Below, piece after piece: positions 57,845 to 64,000 of a stretch of 64,000 bases of DNA; within the stretch, counting starts at the first letter, position 1; every line of letters starts with the position of its first letter. This DNA is from Candidatus Kaiserbacteria bacterium (GTDB lineage: Bacteria; Patescibacteriota; Minisyncoccia; Phycocordibacterales; UBA918): the NCBI GenBank assembly GCA_016699245.1, contig CP064968.1:219386-283385 (forward strand). The letters run 5' to 3'. Made by a program: the position numbers and the translations under genes. The notes beneath the pieces were generated by a model. That model saw only the letters and a program-made list of their open reading frames with translations, made no database searches and was not told the DNA's origin.

Positions 57845-59638
57845 CTAACGTCGAGATTTTACTCGTTCTGTTTCCCTCAAAACCTGTTTACGCAAACGAG
57901 TTGACTTCGGTGTCACTTCGAGATATTCATCATCAGACATAATTTCAAGGCCGAGTTCAATCGAGAGTTCTCTGTGGGGGACGAGAGTAAGTGCTTCGTC
58001 GGTACCCGAAGAGCGAACATTTGAAAGTTGCTTGCCCTTTGTTGGATTTACCATCATTTCTTCGCCTTTTGAGGTATTACCAATCACCATACCTTCGTAC
58101 ACTTCTACTGAAGGGCCAATATAAAGTTGTCCACGATCCTGCAAGTTCCAGAGTGAGAAGCCGAGTGCCTTTCCTGCAGCCATAGAAACCATCGAGCCAG
58201 CCTGACGCTTTTTAATTTCACCTGCATAGGGGCGGAAACCAATCACTCGTGAACAAAGAATTCCCTCTCCGCGTGTATCAATAATGAATTGTCCTTTGTA
58301 TCCAAGGAGTCCACGTGTTGGGCCTTCGAGAATAAGTCGTACTTGGTTTTCATGCATAATCATGTCCTGCATGATGAATGCACGACGACCGAGCTTTTCA
58401 ATCACTGCCCCCTGATACTCACTCGGGATATCAACCGTCACTTCTTCAAATGGCTCATACTTACCATCTTCACGTTCCTCGATAATAGCCTGTGGTTGTG
58501 ATACTTGAAGTTCGTATCCCTCGCGGCGCATGTTTTCGAGAAGAATCGAAATGTGCATTTCACCACGACCATACACCTTGCATGAGTCGCCACTTCCCTC
58601 AAAATCTACTTTGAGCCCAACATTTATTTCAAGTTCCTTTTCAAGTCGTCCACGAATCTGACGTGTGGTGACATACTTTCCTTCACGTCCAGCAAATGGT
58701 GAGTTGTTAACCACAAAATCAAGTGCAATGGTTGGTTGATCTACTGCAATAGCATCAAGTGGCTGTGCCGCTTCTATATCGCTCAATGTTTCTCCAATAT
58801 TGATATCAGGGAAACCAGCAAGTATCACGATATCTCCAGCATACGCGATATCCGATTCTACACGTTCAATGCCTTTGAATGTAAAAAGCTTTGTCACTTT
58901 TCCTCTTCGAGGCGCTTGGCCGTTGTGGAGAATAAAAACGTTTTGACTACTCTTGATTTCACCTTCGTAAATACGGGCAATAGCGAGACGTCCAAGGAAG
59001 TTGTCGTACCCGAGGTTGAAGACCTGTGCACGGAGTACCTCACCCTCAGAGTATCCTTTTGCTGGTTCAACTTTTTCTATAATAGTATCGAGAAGTGGTG
59101 AAAGGTCTGTAGATTCATCATCAAGCTTGCGCTTTGCAATTCCCTGTCGGCCAATAGCGTATACGGTAGTAAAGTTGGCTTGCTCGTCATTCGCACCGAG
59201 TTCAAGGAAGAGTTCGAGCACTTGTTCCTCTGCTTTGTGTGGGTCTGCAGCAGGCTTATCAATTTTATTGATAATGACTATAGGCTTGAGGCCGAGTTCG
59301 AGAGATTTCTTGAGCACGAAACGAGTCTGCGGCATAGGGCCTTCCTGCGCGTCTACCACGAGAAGTACTGAGTCAATAGAGCGAAGTACGCGCTCTACCT
59401 CAGAACCAAAGTCAGCGTGACCTGGGGTATCCACAATGTTAATTTTGGTACCCTTGTACTCAATAGATGCATTCTTTGCATATATGGTAATACCGCGCTC
59501 CTGCTCAAGTGAGTTGGAGTCCATGGTTACCGTGGTGTCGGTCACGGCACCAGTCTGGCGCATGATAGCGTCAGTGAGCGTAGTTTTGCCATGGTCTACG
59601 TGTGCGATAATCGCTATGTTTCGTGTTTCTTTGCTCAT
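57845..59638 (-). CDS. typA: Translational GTPase TypA/BipA
   Basis: NIAIIAHVDHGKTTL, DTPGHADF, domain order of BipA; start at MSKETRNIAII. Confidence 0.9.
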   Translation of the reverse strand: MSKETRNIAIIAHVDHGKTTLTDAIMRQTGAVTDTTVTMDSNSLEQERGITIYAKNASIEYKGTKINIVDTPGHADFGSEVERVLRSIDSVLLVVDAQEGPMPQTRFVLKKSLELGLKPIVIINKIDKPAADPHKAEEQVLELFLELGANDEQANFTTVYAIGRQGIAKRKLDDESTDLSPLLDTIIEKVEPAKGYSEGEVLRAQVFNLGYDNFLGRLAIARIYEGEIKSSQNVFILHNGQAPRRGKVTKLFTFKGIERVESDIAYAGDIVILAGFPDINIGETLSDIEAAQPLDAIAVDQPTIALDFVVNNSPFAGREGKYVTTRQIRGRLEKELEINVGLKVDFEGSGDSCKVYGRGEMHISILLENMRREGYELQVSQPQAIIEEREDGKYEPFEEVTVDIPSEYQGAVIEKLGRRAFIMQDMIMHENQVRLILEGPTRGLLGYKGQFIIDTRGEGILCSRVIGFRPYAGEIKKRQAGSMVSMAAGKALGFSLWNLQDRGQLYIGPSVEVYEGMVIGNTSKGEEMMVNPTKGKQLSNVRSSGTDEALTLVPHRELSIELGLEIMSDDEYLEVTPKSTRLRKQVLRETERVKSRR

Positions 59639-59743
59639 GAAAATAAAATGCGCCAGCAAAGGCGCGTTATTCCCTATAAAATACGTCATTTTCTGCATTT
59701 AGTCAAATTTTAAAGAAAATATCTGCATTTGCATGCAGATATT

Positions 59744-60001
59744 TTATGAAACCCCTCCTTTGTGCTGCCTTGCGCGCATCTTTAGAATCATTTCCCTTGG
59801 GATGTCTATGACGGTATAGAACCACAGAGCAAATGACCGTTCGATGACATTCTCAAGAACATATTTTTCTAAACCGCCCGCTACATATATTCTTGCCGCA
59901 AGGTACTTTTTCTCCTCAATAAGGTTTTGATACTCAAGCAGTTGTTCTTCGTTTAATACAAATTCAGCCATTAAGCCAACATCGTATACGTTATACATCA
60001 T
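59744..60001 (-). CDS. Small hypothetical protein (85 aa)
   Basis: ORF only. Confidence 0.3.
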   Translation of the reverse strand: MMYNVYDVGLMAEFVLNEEQLLEYQNLIEEKKYLAARIYVAGGLEKYVLENVIERSFALWFYTVIDIPREMILKMRARQHKGGVS

Positions 60002-60041
60002 GCACCTCCTTTCACATTGTTCCTGTGTATAAGTATACTCC

Positions 60042-60335
60042 TCATTTCTTTTTCTTTCTTGCTCCCTGTGATTTCTTTTTCTTTCTTGCTCCCTGTGATT
60101 TCACGAGTGTTTCTTTTTCTTCTTTTTTTAGTTTCTTGAGTTGATGTTCGCGCACCTGTGCCTCGCTCCGCGAGGCACAGGACTCCACATACACCACACT
60201 TATGGGAATTTTAGCCTTCGTATACTTCGCCCCTACCTTCCCCTCTTTGTGCTCTTTAAAGCGACGCTCCACATCAGTCGTCGCTCCCGTATAGAGTGAC
60301 CCATCGCTACAGCGAATCATGTATACCAACCACAT
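60042..60335 (-). CDS. GIY-YIG nuclease-family small protein with duplicated basic C-terminal tail
   Basis: LVYMIRCSDGSLYTGATTDVERRFKEH (GIY-YIG core); C-terminal SQGARKKKK x2 from a 27-bp tandem DNA repeat (60045-60098). Confidence 0.6.
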   Translation of the reverse strand: MWLVYMIRCSDGSLYTGATTDVERRFKEHKEGKVGAKYTKAKIPISVVYVESCASRSEAQVREHQLKKLKKEEKETLVKSQGARKKKKSQGARKKKK

Positions 60336-60425
60336 AGTTAATTTGAAATAAATCTTTAAAGTGTTACTATATTTCTACCTACCTAAAAAAGTGTTAGCCG
60401 CACTTTTGCTTTGGGCAAATGGCTA

Positions 60426-60506
60426 CCACGGGACACTGGATGATGGGTTCTAGTATTGGCGAGAGAACGAACCCGCAAGATTAACCAGTTAATCCCGTGG
60501 TTTTTT
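60426..60506 (+). ncRNA. Candidate small structured RNA / compound terminator
   Basis: 8-bp closing helix CCACGGGA...TCCCGTGG enclosing GGGTTC...GAACCC and TTAA-CCAG-TTAA hairpins, followed by TTTTTT; intergenic between GIY-YIG and ychF. Confidence 0.3.
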
Positions 60507-60507
60507 A

Positions 60508-61609
60508 TTACCCAATCATGAACTCAATTACATCACCATCCTTCACGATGTACTCCTTTCCTTCGGTACGGAGTTTGCCCTGCTCGCGTGCTTTCGCGAG
60601 AGAACCACAGGTGACGAGGTCTTCAAAGGCCACTACCTGTGCGCGTATGTATCGTGTTTTAAAATCAGTATGAATAGCCGCACCTGCCTCCAGGGCCCGT
60701 GGCACCATGACGTACGGTCCACGCATGCGTCTCCTTTTCTCCTGTGGTGAAATACGACATGAGCCCGAGACGGTGATAGCACGCGCGAATGAGTGAGTCG
60801 ATTCCAGAATCAAGGGTCGCATACTCGCGTCTAAATTCTGTCTTTTCATCTTCTTCCAAATCCTTCAATTCATGCTCTACACCCGCGTCAATGAGCACAT
60901 ACTCCGAGCCGGTGCTTTCCATAAAGTCCATGAGTTCTGTCCACCTATCATCATTGGTCTCATCAAAGTTGTATGCGCCATGCATTTTATTGAGCACATA
61001 GAGTATATGCTTCATGGTGAGGAGGTGGAGGTGTTGAATAGCCTGTGCTTCCCCATCAGCAAAATCAAATGAGCGTGCAAGTTGCCCTGCTTCAAGATGC
61101 CTAATGAGTCTTTCAAGCACATCCTTCTCCTTTTGCGCATCTTTGTCTCCACGTCGCGCATCCTTTTCCACATTTCCTAAACGCTTAGAGACCGTCTCGG
61201 TGTCCGCCATCACGAGTTCGAGATTAATCACTTCAATGTCGCTCATGGGGTCCACTGCGCCATTTACATGGATGATGTCCTGATCTTCAAAGATTCGTAC
61301 TACTTCCGCAATCATGTCGGTCTCGCGAATATTGGCAAGGAATTTGTTCCCAAGCCCTTCCCCTGAAGACGCACCTTTTACAAGACCCGCAATATCTACA
61401 AATTCAATAATCGCCGGAATAATTTTCTGTGAACTAGAAATTTTAGAGAGTGTCTCAAGCCGATGGTCGGGCACCGCCACCACACCCACTGATGGATCAA
61501 TAGTACAGAATGGATAGTTTTCTGCGGGGACGGCGTTTTTAGTAAGTGCATTAAAAAGTGTCGATTTTCCGACATTTGGTAACCCAACAATTCCGACTGA
61601 TAACGACAT
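60508..61609 (-). CDS. ychF: Ribosome-binding ATPase YchF (OLA1), apparent frameshift near 60700-60720 separating the G-domain and TGS-domain frames
   Basis: N-terminal [18 protein letters not shown]; C-terminal TGS region (AAIHTDF...GDVIEF) is in the overlapping -1 frame (ORFs 60665-61609 and 60508-60849). Confidence 0.7.
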
Positions 61610-61738
61610 AATATTTTATTTTTGAAGCAAATTAGAAGACAAAGATTCCCTACTGTATATAATAGTGCCTAGAGTACCAGATTTTCAAGTCTTTTCAAAG
61701 AAATGATGTCATCAACACTATGATCCTTACAAAAATTG

Positions 61739-61768
61739 CTTGACATGTAAAGTATCTATGACATAATA
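61739..61768 (+). promoter_or_regulatory. Sigma-70-like promoter (TTGACA-17 bp-ATAATA) for gene 61855-62304
   Basis: Read directly; AAGGAG RBS 8 nt before the ATG. Confidence 0.45.
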
Positions 61769-61854
61769 AATTTGCTGTTCTTCATATAGGTTACTGAGTT
61801 CATCTGGCATGGTGTCAGCGGAATTGAGTAGCAACATTCTAAGGAGTTATTTTC

Positions 61855-62304
61855 ATGAGCGCATTAAAATCGTGCTTAGCGGTAGCCATTGGCACTGCTA
61901 TTGGCTCAGTTGCTGGCTGCGGAGCCGTTGTCTTATTTTTGATTTTCTCCGGTAACTCGTCAGTGATGGTAGAGGAAAATTTTACTGTCATCTCCAACAA
62001 AGTTGCTGGTGCTCCAATCAGCATTAACTGTTCGATCATCTCGCCACTATTTGGCTTACCTCTCGAAAGAAAAGCTCAGTGGGTTGTGAAAGGTAGTGGG
62101 CACCATGGTTCAGTTGACTTCGGCGGTGGTGCTATTGTTTCCATACAGCATCATTGGAGTACTGTTGGAGGCCTGTTTCAATCCTTGTCCAGTGACTACA
62201 TCATTGTGAAAGGCTATTCCGGTTCATACAATCAAATAGTTGACGATGATGAGACAGGTCGCTTAGTAGTCAAGGCGTGTCTATCTAAAGTCAATGTGCT
62301 GTAG
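61855..62304 (+). CDS. Hypothetical secreted/lipoprotein-like protein (149 aa)
   Basis: N-terminal hydrophobic segment with ...AGCGA; G/S-rich; own promoter and terminator. Confidence 0.4.
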   Translation: MSALKSCLAVAIGTAIGSVAGCGAVVLFLIFSGNSSVMVEENFTVISNKVAGAPISINCSIISPLFGLPLERKAQWVVKGSGHHGSVDFGGGAIVSIQHHWSTVGGLFQSLSSDYIIVKGYSGSYNQIVDDDETGRLVVKACLSKVNVL

Positions 62305-62330
62305 TCACTGTCGCACTCCGCCCTGCCCTA

Positions 62331-62365
62331 CCCCACTGAAGAATCTTTCTTCAGTGGGGCTTTTA
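62331..62365 (+). terminator. Intrinsic terminator (CCCCACTGAAG...CTTCAGTGGGGCTTTT)
   Basis: 11-bp stem with T-run. Confidence 0.7.
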
Positions 62366-62413
62366 GATTTTCCGAAATTTGGCAACCCTACAATTCCGAC
62401 TCATAGTGACTCA
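62366..62413. repeat. Degenerate duplicate (~85% identical) of the ychF 5' end/RBS region (compare 61563-61609)
   Basis: GATTTTCCGAAATTTGGCAACCCTACAATTCCGACTCATAGTGACTCAT vs GATTTTCCGACATTTGGTAACCCAACAATTCCGACTGATAACGACAT. Confidence 0.65.
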
Positions 62414-62477
62414 TTTTTATGAGTGAATACGAATTAGAAAAATAGAAATACTCTTGTGGTAGACATAATTTGTTAAT

Positions 62478-63344
62478 TTATGAGCGCTTGTAGTCATCCT
62501 CGTACCGCTTGATATCATCCTCTCCAGTATATTTACCTGACTGCACTTCAATAATGACGAGGGGGTCGGTATGAGCATTTGAGAGGCGGTGGATGTGGTC
62601 TTTTGGGACAAAACAACTTTCATTCTCTCGAATGATTCGGTGTCCGATGTGTGATGGATCCTGCTTTTCACGAATTTCTACACTCGCTACTCCCGAAACA
62701 ACCACCCAATGTTCACTTCGGTGTTCATGACTCTGAAGACTTAGTCGTGCACCAGGGTTTACAATAATCTTTTTTACCTTGAACTGTGGCTTGTCCTCGA
62801 GTACGTAATACACTCCCCATGGTCGTGCGCCGACTTCAATGTACTCTTCCTCGCGATACTCAGCAGGCATTTCTGCAATCTTTTTGGTTATGTCTGCCTC
62901 ATCTGCTTTGTTGGCGATATTTTGAACATATGATGAACTATTGTGAGTCTTTGCGCCGAGACCATCGACAATTTGAACACCATATTTTTCAAGAATAGCG
63001 CGCTCTGGAATCTCGTATGCAAATCTATCACCACCTTTTGTAAATATAATTTCATCAACATCATCACGTTCACGAAGTTCTTTGAGTATTTTTTGCAATG
63101 TATCACAGACACTTGGTGTAGTGTCTATTGAAAGGATGGCGCGGTCAACCATTTTTAATGAATCAACTACTCTAAGACGAAATTGTTCATCTTGAAAACT
63201 TGGGACACCCCGCTTGAGTACTGCCTGATGATCGTTGTTTACAATCACCCACAGTTCATCAGCAAGTTGCTTGGAAAGTTCGAGACAGTCTATATGCCCC
63301 GGATGAAGGGGGTTAGCGTATACCGATGTGATAGCGATTTTCAT
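62478..63344 (-). CDS. Fusion of a cytidylyltransferase-like (HxGH) nucleotidyltransferase domain and a C-terminal cupin domain
   Basis: N-terminal ANPLHPGHIDCL resembles TagD/RfaE-domain-II HxGH; C-terminal GARLSLQSHEHRSEHWVVVSG cupin motif. Confidence 0.55.
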   Translation of the reverse strand: MKIAITSVYANPLHPGHIDCLELSKQLADELWVIVNNDHQAVLKRGVPSFQDEQFRLRVVDSLKMVDRAILSIDTTPSVCDTLQKILKELRERDDVDEIIFTKGGDRFAYEIPERAILEKYGVQIVDGLGAKTHNSSSYVQNIANKADEADITKKIAEMPAEYREEEYIEVGARPWGVYYVLEDKPQFKVKKIIVNPGARLSLQSHEHRSEHWVVVSGVASVEIREKQDPSHIGHRIIRENESCFVPKDHIHRLSNAHTDPLVIIEVQSGKYTGEDDIKRYEDDYKRS

Positions 63345-63558
63345 GAAGAAGACAATTATAGTTGCAACTGTGAAGAGATACGTTTTTTAACATGCATTTG
63401 ATTTTCGTACAAGTTTTGTTTGTAGTATACATTGCACACGGAATACATTTCTTGAAAACTCAGTACTATATTGATTGTGATAGACTGTTTGATTTTAGAA
63501 AAATTATATCTATACTGTATGTGGCGTTTTGCCACACACTACTTACGAGGAGACTATC

Positions 63559-64000
63559 GTGCGCAAGTCCAATGTTCTTCAGTACATTTTGATTTTGTTT
63601 GTTCTTAGTTTCAGCCACGCCACCTCTGCTGTCGAGGAGTCACTGGTATCTGAAGCAAATTCTGTTATCAAAGAAGCTGTTGAGGATTCTACCTCCGCAA
63701 CACATTTTGATGTTGAGACGATACCGGATGGATTCTCAATCTCAGTCGGCAAAGCTCAAAGTATTTGCTACTTCAGAAATGGTGTACCGCTCCACTGTGC
63801 GAAAATCTCTAGTGGGGCGCAGGGCCACAGAACCCCCACTGGGTACTTCAGTATAAAGAGCAAGGAGTTCATGCATTATTCGCGCAGATATAAGGACCAG
63901 AAAGGGAGGCCTGCTCCGATGCCGCGGAGTATGCATTTCCACGAACATTACTTCATCCACGAAGGAAAGTTGCCTGGACATCCAGCCTCGCATGGCTGCA
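63559..64000 (+). CDS. L,D-transpeptidase (YkuD domain), GTG start, 3'-truncated by window end
   Basis: GGAG RBS then GTG; signal peptide; ...HGTP...FHEHYFIHEGKLPGHPASHGC catalytic His/Cys motif. Confidence 0.6.
   Translation, partial: MRKSNVLQYILILFVLSFSHATSAVEESLVSEANSVIKEAVEDSTSATHFDVETIPDGFSISVGKAQSICYFRNGVPLHCAKISSGAQGHRTPTGYFSIKSKEFMHYSRRYKDQKGRPAPMPRSMHFHEHYFIHEGKLPGHPASHGC

Noticed and set aside
60426-60500. tRNA gene on the minus strand (7-bp acceptor-like helix CCACGGG/CCCGTGG enclosing ~60 nt).
   Set aside because: No foldable D-arm or T-arm (no GTTCRANYC T-loop), positions 8-9 atypical; rejected as tRNA.
62417-62671. 84-aa minus-strand ORF overlapping the 3' end of the cupin-fusion gene.
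   Set aside because: Lies entirely within the other frame of a well-supported gene; no motif.

Overview
This 64-kb window looks like the small, gene-dense chromosome of a bacterium with a reduced genome, possibly CPR/Patescibacteria-like. Evidence for that is compact genes, a short AlaRS lacking the C-terminal domain, an archaeal-type AspRS and many secreted/membrane hypothetical proteins. Most genes are on the minus strand. Recognisable housekeeping content: ung, a DnaQ-like exonuclease, a LOG-family protein, pgi, a ROK glucokinase and murI. There is a partial cell-wall cluster (mraY-ftsW-murG, preceded by a DD-carboxypeptidase and scpA/scpB). Aminoacyl-tRNA synthetases present are gltX, aspS, trpS, alaS and leuS. 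The grpE-dnaK-dnaJ operon, a ribosomal/rpoA block (infA-rpmJ-rpsM-rpsK-rpsD-rpoA-rplQ-rplM-rpsI), pepA, an M3 oligopeptidase, mnmA, mltG, typA/bipA and ychF are also present. Between these sit accessory-like patches, listed below.

- A speE-speH operon is translationally coupled to a PurD-like ATP-grasp ligase.
- A MazF/PemK-like toxin cassette is bracketed by a 105-bp direct duplication of the neighbouring gene's 3' end.
- A second, self-contained cassette (promoter, RBS, gene, terminator) sits in the 5' region of ychF, with a duplicated ychF start fragment; ychF itself carries an apparent frameshift.
- A cluster of nuclease-like genes lies together: an ATP-cone::PD-(D/E)xK fusion coupled to mnmA, a Cas4-like Fe-S nuclease, and an HD alarmone-hydrolase-like gene.
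- An EVE-domain gene sits behind a perfect 25-bp palindrome.
- A T-box leader precedes aspS.
- A divergent intergenic region (56.6-56.9 kb) carries an array of ~101-bp structured units with compensatory hairpin variation, followed by a perfect 18/18-bp palindrome.
- A perfect 123-bp tandem duplication lies between rpsI and the next gene.

No CRISPR array, rRNA or convincing tRNA gene was seen. All calls are from reading the sequence and ORF translations only; no database searches were run.
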